Assembly (NCBI GenBank): GCA_050246815.1 | Contig: JBFWVI010000004.1 | Location: forward strand, 42,975 to 106,974 | Origin: Bdellovibrionales bacterium | GTDB lineage: Bacteria > Bdellovibrionota > Bdellovibrionia > Bdellovibrionales > UBA1609 | Length of the DNA: 64,000 nucleotides | Direction of reading: 5' to 3' | Shown here: positions 51,237 to 60,262 of the stretch, in pieces | Position numbering within the stretch: the first letter of the stretch is position 1 | Layout: each line of letters begins with the position of its first letter | Made by a program: the position numbers and the translations under genes | The notes under the pieces: model-generated | The model's input: the letters and a program-made list of their open reading frames with translations, nothing else | What the model was told of the DNA's origin: nothing | The model's database searches: none

Positions 51237-51266
51237 AAGAGGAGGTTTAAGAACCTCCTCTTTTTT
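51237..51266 (+). terminator. Intrinsic terminator of the subtilase operon
   Basis: AGAGGAGGTT-TAAG-AACCTCCTCT followed by a T run. Confidence 0.85.
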
Positions 51267-51285
51267 GTCCCAAACTGAGAAGAAC

Positions 51286-51313
51286 TGCAGACTGGGCTGG
51301 TCTTGGCCGATAA
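51286..51313 (+). promoter_or_regulatory. Sigma28 (FliA)-like promoter
   Basis: TGCAG-N15-GCCGATAA, ending 7 nt before the ATG. Confidence 0.5.
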
Positions 51314-51320
51314 GTTCGGT

Positions 51321-51740
51321 ATGAATGGCCCGACCCGATATCTTCTTTTTCTGGGATTGATGTTACTGGCCCACCTTCCGGCCAAAGCCGAAGAGTTAGA
51401 CAAGGCCTCACAAGAAGCGCTGCAAAAAACCACTGAACTGCTGACCAACCGCGCCCAACGCGAAGAGGCCATTAAAAAGGACACCAAGGCCCAAGGCGCC
51501 GACAAAATGGTTGATCAGGTAAGCGGCGGTGGACAAAACAAAGAGGACGTCTATGGCCTGGCCAGTGACGTTTTCGCCGATCTGGTCAAAGAAACCGGTG
51601 GCGATGCGCAGAAGATGCAAGAGCTTTTGCAGAAGATGGCCCGCGACCCCGCCTCGTTTGCCAACCGCTGGACACCTGAGCAACGGGCCCGCTTGCAGCG
51701 TATGGCCGACCAAATGTCCCCAAAAAGCGCCCCCAAATAA
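51321..51740 (+). CDS. Secreted helical hypothetical protein
   Basis: Signal peptide ending AKA. Confidence 0.8.
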   Translation: MNGPTRYLLFLGLMLLAHLPAKAEELDKASQEALQKTTELLTNRAQREEAIKKDTKAQGADKMVDQVSGGGQNKEDVYGLASDVFADLVKETGGDAQKMQELLQKMARDPASFANRWTPEQRARLQRMADQMSPKSAPK

Positions 51741-51789
51741 AGAAATCCTGGCCTTCCTGGCTCGAGCTGAATAAAAAGTAAGTTGGCTC

Positions 51790-51866
51790 GACCGCGTAGC
51801 TCAGTTGGATAGAGCAGCAGTTTCCTAAACTGCAGGTCGCAAGTTCAATCCTTGCCGCGGTCACCA
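51790..51866 (+). tRNA. tRNA-Arg (anticodon CCT)
   Basis: Acceptor GACCGCG/CGCGGTC, D arm GCTC/GAGC, anticodon arm GCAGT-TTCCTAA-ACTGC, T arm GCAAG-TTCAATC-CTTGC, encoded CCA. Confidence 0.96.
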
Positions 51867-52470
51867 AACTTACCAATATCCAAACGATGGGCCGACAGAT
51901 TAGAAGGCCCGAAATTCTCCCCAGAAACCAAAGAAACGCCGACCTCGCTTTGTTCATCTCGAACTAATTTGAGCTTGCGGCCTTCAGACCCTTTTTCATC
52001 GGGATTAGTGAAAAACCAAAACGCCAATTTATCGTGAGCCAACACAATTTGCTTAAGAGTGTTACGCACCAATCTTTTCTTCAGACCCATTGGGGCCTTA
52101 TCAAAACCCTTTTCAAAATCAACAATAGTCGAGCGAATAAAGTGAGCTGATTCTGAAGCATCCACAACATCGTTCTGCATAGACTCAAACATTTTTAAGC
52201 TTTCGATGTATTGATTTTTTAACTTCGCAATCACTTCAAGTCGTTCTGACATCATCTTCAAAACATCGGAGCCGAAGTTGCCTTGGCCCTGCACTCTAAA
52301 GATGTTGGTCGCCTCTTGCTCAACAAGTGCGAGTTCTTTCTTAATAGTCTCTTTCTGCTCTGAATAGTCAGTTGACGATTTAGATGTGAGGACATTCAAC
52401 TTTTCTTTCAACTTTTTAAGGTGAGCGGAATCAACAAGGCTGTCGCGTAAATATTTTATAACTGCGTTTC
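51845..52470 (-). pseudogene. C-terminal (coiled-coil) remnant of a large serine recombinase
   Basis: Coiled coil then F...KKRLVR..LKQIVL; reads into the tRNA; no catalytic N-terminus. Confidence 0.6.
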
Positions 52471-52817
52471 CACGCAATAACTCTTAAAATCCGATTGTCC
52501 ATCACTGCTACAAAATTCTTTGGCACCGATTTCATTTGCCCGTTTGAAAGGGCCTGTAAAGCAATATCAAATTCCGCTTTCGAAGAAAATACTTCGACTT
52601 TTTCTATAAATGATTTTTCATTAACTAGGCTTTCCCAGCCATTCTCTTTCGCAAAAATAGTGAGCCTGTTCTTTGCGTATGCAAATGACTTTTCGAATTC
52701 AGGTCCAGATACTGACACTTTGACCTCAATCTTCGATTTGTTTTTTGACTGCAGGCTTGAACATGAGACTAATGTCATTGCCGAAATATAAATGCAAAGC
52801 CTCAGCAAAATTCTCAC
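52431..52817 (-). pseudogene. Lipoprotein, probably 3'-truncated
   Basis: Lipobox LVSC; the frame runs into the recombinase remnant near 52470. Confidence 0.55.
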
Positions 52818-52818
52818 T

Positions 52819-53103
52819 TTAAGCAGCTCTTCTCAGCTTAATTTCGGCAACAAGACCTACTGCTTCGACTAATCGCAAGACCCGATCAATTGTCACCTTT
52901 TGCAAACTTCCAGTTAAAATTCCCGTCACCGCACTTCGCGGAAGACCAGATCGCTTGGCTAGTTCTTGATGGGTCAACTCGTCTTTCTTGAGAGCATCGA
53001 TAACGCCTTTTATCAGTTGCGCTTTAATTACGGCTTCCATTCCTCGTGATGGTGAAATATTAAGAAGCTCCGCTAATTTTTGACCACTTGTTTTCTTCTT
53101 CAT
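52819..53103 (-). CDS. XRE-family HTH antitoxin (HigA-like)
   Basis: LTHQELAKRSGLPRSAVT; coupled downstream of the toxin. Confidence 0.85.
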   Translation of the reverse strand: MKKKTSGQKLAELLNISPSRGMEAVIKAQLIKGVIDALKKDELTHQELAKRSGLPRSAVTGILTGSLQKVTIDRVLRLVEAVGLVAEIKLRRAA

Positions 53104-53450
53104 AAAATCTCCTTCATACGTTTCTTGGCTAATTCAATATTTTGCTGCGGCGTTTGTTGGGTTTTCTTTTTAAATGCATGAACCAACCAAATATCGCCTT
53201 GCCTTACCAGAACATAAATCACTCGATAGATTCCTGACCTATCTTTCAATCTCAGCTCATGAACTCCGCGCCCAACCGATGGCATGGGTCGCGAAATCGG
53301 CATTGAAAGCATAAGTCCCGCATCAAGCCTTGCCAGCATATCCGCAAGATCTTCCCTGATATCTTCAGGAAACTCTTCGATCTCTTTCTGACATTGCTTC
53401 AAAGCCTGTATCACAACCACCAATGTCTCATAAGTAAGACATATCGTCAA
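53100..53450 (-). CDS. RelE/ParE (Gp49-like, HigB-type) toxin
   Basis: GVHELR....GIYRVIY and LVHAFKKKTQQTP. Start uncertain. Confidence 0.9.
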   Translation of the reverse strand: MTICLTYETLVVVIQALKQCQKEIEEFPEDIREDLADMLARLDAGLMLSMPISRPMPSVGRGVHELRLKDRSGIYRVIYVLVRQGDIWLVHAFKKKTQQTPQQNIELAKKRMKEIL

Positions 53451-53926
53451 GTCTCATTTTTAAGACGTCCTAGGATGTTCGTGACAGTATTCCAGGACCA
53501 TTTGCGGCTCCTTGGAGATTTAATACCACGCCCATTTAACCAGGTTGCGATGGAGTTTCGGGACTGACCCGCTTTCCATCGCACTATGATCTCAAGGACC
53601 ACAGGGTACTCCTTCGGATGCCTTTGGAGTTGACCATCAAGGAACCAAAATCCATATGGCGGCTTGGTTCCACGCTTTCCTCGAGTTCCTAAAACCAGCT
53701 GACCCTTATCATTACGCATCGTTCGTAAGGGAATTCCAGCACGAAGAACAAGGTCACGAATCTTAGTTTTTGAAAGATCAATCCGCTTCGCAATATCTCG
53801 CAGCGAATGACCTGCTTTATAAAGTTCAGCCACTTTTTCAAGGTACTTGTCGTTATTACGAATTTCTAAGTATATGAAATCATGGGGCTCACCCCACATT
53901 GCTTGTTTGCAAGCTGAGGTCACCAA
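53447..53926 (-). CDS. HTH plus recombinase DNA-binding domain protein (no catalytic domain)
   Basis: GHSLRDIAKR HTH; PPYGF...SIATWLN.RGI....KW...TV.NIL. Confidence 0.78.
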   Translation of the reverse strand: MVTSACKQAMWGEPHDFIYLEIRNNDKYLEKVAELYKAGHSLRDIAKRIDLSKTKIRDLVLRAGIPLRTMRNDKGQLVLGTRGKRGTKPPYGFWFLDGQLQRHPKEYPVVLEIIVRWKAGQSRNSIATWLNGRGIKSPRSRKWSWNTVTNILGRLKNET

Positions 53927-53948
53927 TTTTTCGTACGAACCAAGGAAG

Positions 53949-54698
53949 TTACGCCGTCAAAGTCATGATCAGTGGCTTACCTTTTGTGATGACAAGCGTG
54001 TGTTCATATTGCGCCGTGAAGACCCCAGATCTTGTGACCAGCGTCCAGCCATCACCATTTTCGAAAACTTCTCGTGCTCCCGAAGAAATAAAAGGCTCAA
54101 TCGTGATGACCTGATTCTCGCACAATATCCGACGATCTTGTTTGTCATAATAGCCCGCGATAAAGCCCGGCTCTTCATGCAGGGCGCGTCCAACACCGTG
54201 GCTCCCAAGATTCTCGATGACGGTGAATCCATTTTTGATAGCCTCCGCTTCAATCGCGTAACCTATCCGGTTTATTTTTGCGCCCGCACGAGCTTCTAAC
54301 ATTGCTTTTTCTAAGGCCTGCCTGGCCACAGCACATATTTGAATTTGAAGTTTTGATTCTGGAGGGACGATTGCTGAACCGCCCGTGTCTGCGAAATAAC
54401 CATCAAGCTCTGCTGAAACATCAATATTCACAAGATCGCCGGCTTTAATAATTTTAAGCCCGGGGATTCCATGGGCGGCCTCTTCATTCACACTAATACA
54501 TGTATATCCAGGGAAATTATAGGTCATTTGAGGGGCAGATCTGGCTCCATGCCTTAAGAGATATGCGCCGCCGATGGCGTCTAATTCGCCCGTCGTGATA
54601 CCGGGCTCAAGCTTCGATTGCATGTGCTGAAGGCAGCGAGCAACGACTCTGCCAACCCTTCGAAGTCCCTCTAAATCTTTTTCTGAATTAACCGACAT
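53949..54698 (-). CDS. map: Type I methionine aminopeptidase
   Basis: CISVNE..AHGIP, DVS..LDGYFAD, HGVG..LHE and AQYEHT. Confidence 0.95.
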   Translation of the reverse strand: MSVNSEKDLEGLRRVGRVVARCLQHMQSKLEPGITTGELDAIGGAYLLRHGARSAPQMTYNFPGYTCISVNEEAAHGIPGLKIIKAGDLVNIDVSAELDGYFADTGGSAIVPPESKLQIQICAVARQALEKAMLEARAGAKINRIGYAIEAEAIKNGFTVIENLGSHGVGRALHEEPGFIAGYYDKQDRRILCENQVITIEPFISSGAREVFENGDGWTLVTRSGVFTAQYEHTLVITKGKPLIMTLTA

Positions 54699-54890
54699 GC
54701 CTCAAGCGTACCAGAATTCATTAAAGCGGTCATTAAAACCAATACCTTTGATTTGTCCCACACTACTATTGACCAGCTCATTTCGAATTGAATGCCACGC
54801 CATTCAATATTTAGCTTAAAAGCAGTTTCCCTTTTAGATCTGAATAGAATTTTCTATACAAAATGGATCTCCACAAATAAAGTACTCTTT

Positions 54891-55820
54891 ATGGGACATG
54901 ATGAGACCTTTTCTTTAAGACAGGTCGCGGATTTGACCGGCCTGAGTGAATTCACGCTACGTGGCTGGGAAGGGCGTTATCAGGCATTTACGCCAGATCG
55001 CACCGACACGGGGCGCAGACGGTACTCCAAGCAAGATTTAAAACGCGCATTTCTGTTGCGAGAACTGACAGGGTTGGGCCGCCGAATCAGTGATGTCGCT
55101 CGCTTGCCGAATTCAAGATTAGAAAAAGAACTTGATGCCGTGAGCACCGACATTTCAACGGTAACAGCGGATGCCATAGATAACATCGAATCCGTTTTAA
55201 AAATGGCCCTTTTGCAAGACTGGGACAAACTAAAAAAAACACTCCTGAACCTGCTCAATAAAAAAAGCCCCATTTCCGCCATCGAAAAAGTAATTTTGCC
55301 ACTTCTAAGGCAAATGGGAATGTATGTGACTGACGGGCGACTGGGCATTGCACAAGAACATGTCCTTTCCGCATTGATCAAAGAACAGCTGTATGTGCTT
55401 CTTGCAAAAGTTTTCAGGTCCAAGCGACAAGACAAAAAATTTTCTGTCATTATCGCGACTCCCGAAGGGGACTTTCACGAAATTGGCATCTTGATCGCGC
55501 ACCTCATGCTCAGCGCGCACGGCGCGAAGTCTCTGCTTTTAGGCGCCAACACACCCAAAAAAGAACTTTGTGAAACCGCGCTTCGCTTCGGCGCGACACA
55601 TGTCCTGCTGGCCTCAACAGTCAATCGCCAGGACGGTGCTCAAGAAGAAATTTACTCTTACATTCACTACGTCGATCAGCACCTGCCCAAATCCGTGAAC
55701 CTGTGGGTTGGCGGGCGCACCTTCGAAAAACTAAAATTTAATCTTAATCGTAATTGTAAATATCTTTTGTCCCCGCAGGAATTGCCAAGGGCAGTTGAAG
55801 AATCTTTAAAAGAAAAATGA
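54891..55820 (+). CDS. MerR-family regulator with cobalamin-binding domain (CarH/LitR-like)
   Basis: TLRGWEGRY...GRRRY, AQEH and GDFHEIG. Confidence 0.9.
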   Translation: MGHDETFSLRQVADLTGLSEFTLRGWEGRYQAFTPDRTDTGRRRYSKQDLKRAFLLRELTGLGRRISDVARLPNSRLEKELDAVSTDISTVTADAIDNIESVLKMALLQDWDKLKKTLLNLLNKKSPISAIEKVILPLLRQMGMYVTDGRLGIAQEHVLSALIKEQLYVLLAKVFRSKRQDKKFSVIIATPEGDFHEIGILIAHLMLSAHGAKSLLLGANTPKKELCETALRFGATHVLLASTVNRQDGAQEEIYSYIHYVDQHLPKSVNLWVGGRTFEKLKFNLNRNCKYLLSPQELPRAVEESLKEK

Positions 55821-55829
55821 GGTGATGAA

Positions 55830-56351
55830 GTGAAAAAGATGGGGCTTATATCGATGATCGGCTTTATTGCAGGGTGTACGTCTGTGTCTGTTCAAGACTA
55901 TAAATCTGAAAAACCAACACTGAAACTAGAAAGCTATCTGAACGGCGAATTGGATGCCTATGGTATTTTTCAAGATCGTTCTGGGAGGGTCGTTAAGCGC
56001 TTTCAAGTGTCGATGAAGGCCTCATGGAAAGACGGCGTTGGCACTTTAGACGAAGACTTCACTTACTCTGACGGCAGCAAAAGCAAAAGAATATGGACAC
56101 TCAAAAAATCAGCAGACAACACCTACATCGGCACTGCCGCAGATGTAATTGGCGAAGCGATTGGTGAATCCGCCGGCAATGCATTTCGCTGGCGCTACAC
56201 TTTAGACCTTCCCGTGGGTAACACCAACTATCATGTCCAATTTGATGATTGGATGTATCTTATGAACGATAAAATTATGCTTAATAAATCCAAAATGTCT
56301 AAGTATGGAGTTGACTTGGGCGAGGTCACCCTGACCTTTGTAAAAAAATAG
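55830..56351 (+). CDS. DUF3833 lipoprotein
   Basis: IAGC lipobox, LDEDFTYSDG and FDDWMY. Confidence 0.88.
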   Translation: MKKMGLISMIGFIAGCTSVSVQDYKSEKPTLKLESYLNGELDAYGIFQDRSGRVVKRFQVSMKASWKDGVGTLDEDFTYSDGSKSKRIWTLKKSADNTYIGTAADVIGEAIGESAGNAFRWRYTLDLPVGNTNYHVQFDDWMYLMNDKIMLNKSKMSKYGVDLGEVTLTFVKK

Positions 56352-56376
56352 TGAAAATAAAGGACGGCCGCAATCA

Positions 56377-56880
56377 GTGACTAAAGTTCAAAAGTACGCG
56401 CTGATACTATGGTTTGATTTGGGTTGGTTTGGCTGCGTTTATCTCGCAAAATGGGCGCTGTCTCCATGGAGCTTTATTTTTCCCCTAGTTTCCTGGATCA
56501 TTTTGTTTTTCTCGAAAGAAGCTACAGTTAAGCAGATGACGTTATTATTTGCATTGGCCGGTTTTGGTGCTTTGTTCGATACCGCTATCCACGCCTTGGA
56601 TGTCATTCAATTTTCAAATCATGAATCAATTTTCATTCCATATTGGCTTGTGGCGATGTGGTTCTTGTTTGTCAGCGTGCTGCCGGCCACAAAAGAGCTT
56701 CTTCAAACAAGGTTATGGTTTGCCGGATGCCTTGGCGCGATCCTTGGGCCTCTCAGTTATTTTTCAGGAGAAGCATTTCAGGTCCTGTCATTTCAAAATC
56801 GGTTCGCTATTTTGATTTATGCCGTATTTTGGGGAATTTATTTTCCGGTCGCACTTTATCTATATAGGAAGTTGACATGA
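56377..56880 (+). CDS. DUF2878 membrane protein
   Basis: GWF.CV, PYWLVAMW.LF and GAILGPLSY. Confidence 0.85.
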   Translation: MTKVQKYALILWFDLGWFGCVYLAKWALSPWSFIFPLVSWIILFFSKEATVKQMTLLFALAGFGALFDTAIHALDVIQFSNHESIFIPYWLVAMWFLFVSVLPATKELLQTRLWFAGCLGAILGPLSYFSGEAFQVLSFQNRFAILIYAVFWGIYFPVALYLYRKLT

Positions 56881-57659
56881 AAATTCAGGAACAAAATTTT
56901 TTAATTACGGGTGCCAATCGCGGCATTGGCCTTGCCGTTGCCCAAATGGCCGCCAAAGAAAGAGCTCATTTACATTTGATCTCCAGAAGCCCGCTCGGCT
57001 CTATTGAGGAAGAGCTTTTAAATTTAGGAGCAGCCAGCATGACAGTTCACCTTGCGGACTTGTCCACCCGCGATGGCGTAGAAAAGCTAATTCATAACTT
57101 GCAGGGCCACTCGATTGACATCTTGTTTAATAATGCTGGCTTGCTGACCGGCGGCTTAATCGAAGAACAACCTTTGGATGAGATTTACTCCATGTTTCAA
57201 GTCAACGTGAATGCGCTGATCCATTTGACCAGAGCCCTTATCCCGGGAATGGTACAACGAGGTCGGGGGAAAATTATTAATAACGCCAGTGTTTCAGCCT
57301 TTATGCATTTTCCCTGCGCCAGCACCTATGCGGCCTCAAAGGCTGCCGTTGTGGCCTTTACCGACTGCATCCAGACCGAACTTCACGGAACCGGAGTCAG
57401 CACATTGTGTTTGGTGACTCCGGGAATTAAGACTAGAATGTTCGATGAAATCGACACGAAATACTCGAAGAATTTTGAAGTTCCAACCCAATCAATTTCT
57501 GCCAAAGATTATGCGGACCAAATAAGAGATAAGATTTTTAATGATGACACTTATTTGTTTCCAGGTGGCACCACGGCGATGGGCCTATGGATCTCCAAAT
57601 ATGCTCCCCTCCTTTTTCGTAAGGAAATTCAAAGGCGATTTAAACGGTCGCCACGCTAA
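56877..57659 (+). CDS. Short-chain dehydrogenase/reductase
   Basis: TGANRGIG, NNAG and YAASK. Confidence 0.93.
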   Translation: MKIQEQNFLITGANRGIGLAVAQMAAKERAHLHLISRSPLGSIEEELLNLGAASMTVHLADLSTRDGVEKLIHNLQGHSIDILFNNAGLLTGGLIEEQPLDEIYSMFQVNVNALIHLTRALIPGMVQRGRGKIINNASVSAFMHFPCASTYAASKAAVVAFTDCIQTELHGTGVSTLCLVTPGIKTRMFDEIDTKYSKNFEVPTQSISAKDYADQIRDKIFNDDTYLFPGGTTAMGLWISKYAPLLFRKEIQRRFKRSPR

Positions 57660-57719
57660 AACACGTCATCTCGTCCGCGTCAAGCGGGCGGCACACGATC
57701 TCGAACGGAGTGATCTGCT

Positions 57720-58559
57720 CTAATGGATGATCGCCATTTTCTTGAAAATGGCCGATTGCTTTTCAAGGTTTTCGGCTAAAGCCACTTTTTGCCGGGTCGT
57801 GCTCAAGCGCAGGACCTGAACTAAAACCTGTGTCAGGACCCCCTGCCCCTCTCTCCAACTGGCCAAAGCTTCGGGGCTTTGCAATCGACGATACTCATTC
57901 ATCCATCGAACAACGGCCGTGATAAAGCGGTTTGGACTGAATCCATCCGATGAAGAGGCTGCCCACCCATCCAAAGTGTTGAGCAGCTGACGGCGATTGT
58001 CGACCCTCACCTTTGCACTGCCGATACGCTTAGCGCAATAAATCTGCACTTGATTTTTTTGTGCTTCAGAAATTTCGCCCATCCAAATTTCAATTTGATC
58101 GTAAAAACGCTTGTGACATTTGGACTTTTCACTCAAAATTTTGCCGTTCTCCTTTTCGAAGTTCTTCTTAAACTTTTGCCAATTGTCAGCGGCGACCAAC
58201 GAGGCGATTTTGTTTGTTTCTGGTCCAACCAATTCAAAAAGAGAATAAAAGAACTGCTCCGCAGTTAAAAGGCGCTCATGAATGATCCCGCGCAATCGGG
58301 TCTCGTCGCGCCAATCCACCGAACGCGAAAGCCTTGCGGTTTCATGTAAAAAGCTGCCGACCTGGGTAAATTTTTTCTGGCGAACCAGTTTCACCAAACG
58401 CTCAGCCTCTAAACGCACAGTTTTTTTAGCAGCACCCGAAAATTCGAACTGATCGATCAGCTTCCACGAAATGTAAGTGTCCGCCCAACGCACGGCCCAT
58501 TCAGTTTTCGAACAGGCCGAGAGCATAAAAACGGTCAGCAATAGCCCCAGAAATCTCAT
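57720..58559 (-). CDS. Lipoprotein (DUF6279-like)
   Basis: LSAC lipobox, WAD.YI.W, helical. Confidence 0.7.
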   Translation of the reverse strand: MRFLGLLLTVFMLSACSKTEWAVRWADTYISWKLIDQFEFSGAAKKTVRLEAERLVKLVRQKKFTQVGSFLHETARLSRSVDWRDETRLRGIIHERLLTAEQFFYSLFELVGPETNKIASLVAADNWQKFKKNFEKENGKILSEKSKCHKRFYDQIEIWMGEISEAQKNQVQIYCAKRIGSAKVRVDNRRQLLNTLDGWAASSSDGFSPNRFITAVVRWMNEYRRLQSPEALASWREGQGVLTQVLVQVLRLSTTRQKVALAENLEKQSAIFKKMAIIH

Positions 58560-58776
58560 GACATCGTTTTAGCGCCGTTTTGTGGTCCAGACAATCACTT
58601 GTTCGCCGCCCGTCCGATTCGTGTGCCAACCTAGGCTCTAAGCTCCCCTAGCGGCGCGCCGCAAAGGCTCATCTTTTGCCAACTTGTGGGTCAACTTGTC
58701 CAATGACTGCGACTTTTTTTGAATATTTATGACTTTACTAAACACCGGCTATTTGTTTGAGGAAAAATCAGAGGCA

Positions 58777-59085
58777 ATGATGCGCTTAAAATCACAACTA
58801 CAAATTTATTTAAGCCACTTGCGCTGGTCCGCATCCGAGCTGGCGCGCAAAGCCGGCGTGCCAAAACAAAGTATTTCTTATTGGCTCGGCGGGGGCACTC
58901 CGCGCAAGCTTGTGCATCTTAAAAAAGTGGCAAGTGCCTTGGGCACAACTGTGGATCATCTGTGTTTTGGCCAAGGACTTGCTTTGCACGCCGAAAGGTC
59001 CGGATTAGAGGCCTTCGAAACGCTGCTCCCGGACGACTGGACCTCGGCCGTCTTTGAGGTGAAAGTCCGAAGGATCAAAAAATGA
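58777..59085 (+). CDS. XRE-family HTH protein
   Basis: SELARKAGVPKQSISYW...TVDHLCFG. Confidence 0.85.
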   Translation: MMRLKSQLQIYLSHLRWSASELARKAGVPKQSISYWLGGGTPRKLVHLKKVASALGTTVDHLCFGQGLALHAERSGLEAFETLLPDDWTSAVFEVKVRRIKK

Positions 59086-59354
59086 AGCCCTACTCGCATG
59101 CAGGTTCAAACCTCGGGTTTTTGATTCGGCAAGCTCGTCTGAACTCTGGTTTAAGCCGTCAAGAACTTGAACAAAAATTCAATTTGCACCCCTTGGACTT
59201 ATGCCGCCTAGAACAGGGAATATTGAATCCGAACATAGATCTTTTTTTGAGTCTCATGAGTTTCTCTGGGCCCCATGCTTGCCAACAGACACTGGAAGCG
59301 CTGCACGAAACCCAAAAGAATTTGCTTAAGAGTTTCCCTCAGCGCCTCAGATAA
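59082..59354 (+). CDS. XRE-like HTH protein
   Basis: IRQARLNSGLS...LEQG..NP; ATGA-coupled to the previous gene. Confidence 0.65.
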   Translation: MKPYSHAGSNLGFLIRQARLNSGLSRQELEQKFNLHPLDLCRLEQGILNPNIDLFLSLMSFSGPHACQQTLEALHETQKNLLKSFPQRLR

Positions 59355-59360
59355 GAGTGC

Positions 59361-60221
59361 TCACCGCGCCGGCGCCTCGCGACCAACAGCATTTGCTCGA
59401 ACCCTGCTTGTTATCTCTGACTTCGGACAGGCCTTTTCTAACTCCACAAGTTCGGTGAACATCACCATACCCACGCGCAAATCATTCAAACGCTGTTCCG
59501 CCGGCATTTCGCCATAGCGCACGCTTAAGTTGACCGCGCTATAATCCAAGCTACCAGAATCGGCTTTGGCTGCTCGTTTATAAGCTTTCTCAGCCGACGC
59601 TCGCTCGGAGTCCAGCAAGCCCGCTGGCACACTGTCGAATATTTTTTTATACATATCGCTCATGTCCGCCGCATACTTTTGGCAAGCCTCTGAATACTTT
59701 TTGATATCGTGATTGCCGTATTTCTTCATCTCTTCGCGCAAGATTCGGCACATCTGAGGTGTGACGGTGTGGCAAGTGGCCGTTCGCGAATTTCCTAAAA
59801 TATTGCCTGAAGTTTTTTTGTTAAAAATATCCAAGACCATGCTTTTGAAAGTTGAAAGCTGTCGCTCTCCTATACACTTCGTGGATGCGAGCATTTGTCC
59901 GTCGACCCGCAGCAAAGTCCGGTTGAATTGAAATGAATCTTTGGATTTAATCCCTTCCTTGATCTCGTCCGCGCTTAAGGGTGTCGTCGATCGAAAAGTC
60001 TCGTTCACGGCCACTTGTTCTTTTGCTTTTTCAACTTCCAAACGGTATTTACCACCCGAAATTTCACCCTTTTCCATGTCAAAATTGTACCCGGGCGGAG
60101 CAGACGTAAGCTGGCCGCCTTTGAATTTCAAATCGGGATTTGTTACAAAATCAGTCCAATCCGCACGGGCAGAAATGCACCAGACGATCAAAACAAAACT
60201 GGCCAACAAATGTAATCTCAT
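59361..60221 (-). CDS. Secreted Cys-containing hypothetical protein
   Basis: Signal peptide ending ARA; CHTVTPQMC. Confidence 0.78.
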   Translation of the reverse strand: MRLHLLASFVLIVWCISARADWTDFVTNPDLKFKGGQLTSAPPGYNFDMEKGEISGGKYRLEVEKAKEQVAVNETFRSTTPLSADEIKEGIKSKDSFQFNRTLLRVDGQMLASTKCIGERQLSTFKSMVLDIFNKKTSGNILGNSRTATCHTVTPQMCRILREEMKKYGNHDIKKYSEACQKYAADMSDMYKKIFDSVPAGLLDSERASAEKAYKRAAKADSGSLDYSAVNLSVRYGEMPAEQRLNDLRVGMVMFTELVELEKACPKSEITSRVRANAVGREAPAR

Positions 60222-60262
60222 GGATTTATTGTAACAAGAGCCGGCCCACGCGGGCACAACTC

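Larger units (their letters stand above)
51859..53926. mobile_element. Decayed integrative element at the tRNA-Arg 3' end
   Basis: GGTCACCAA direct repeat at 51859-51867 and 53918-53926; recombinase remnants and a TA pair inside; visibly AT-richer. Confidence 0.7.
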
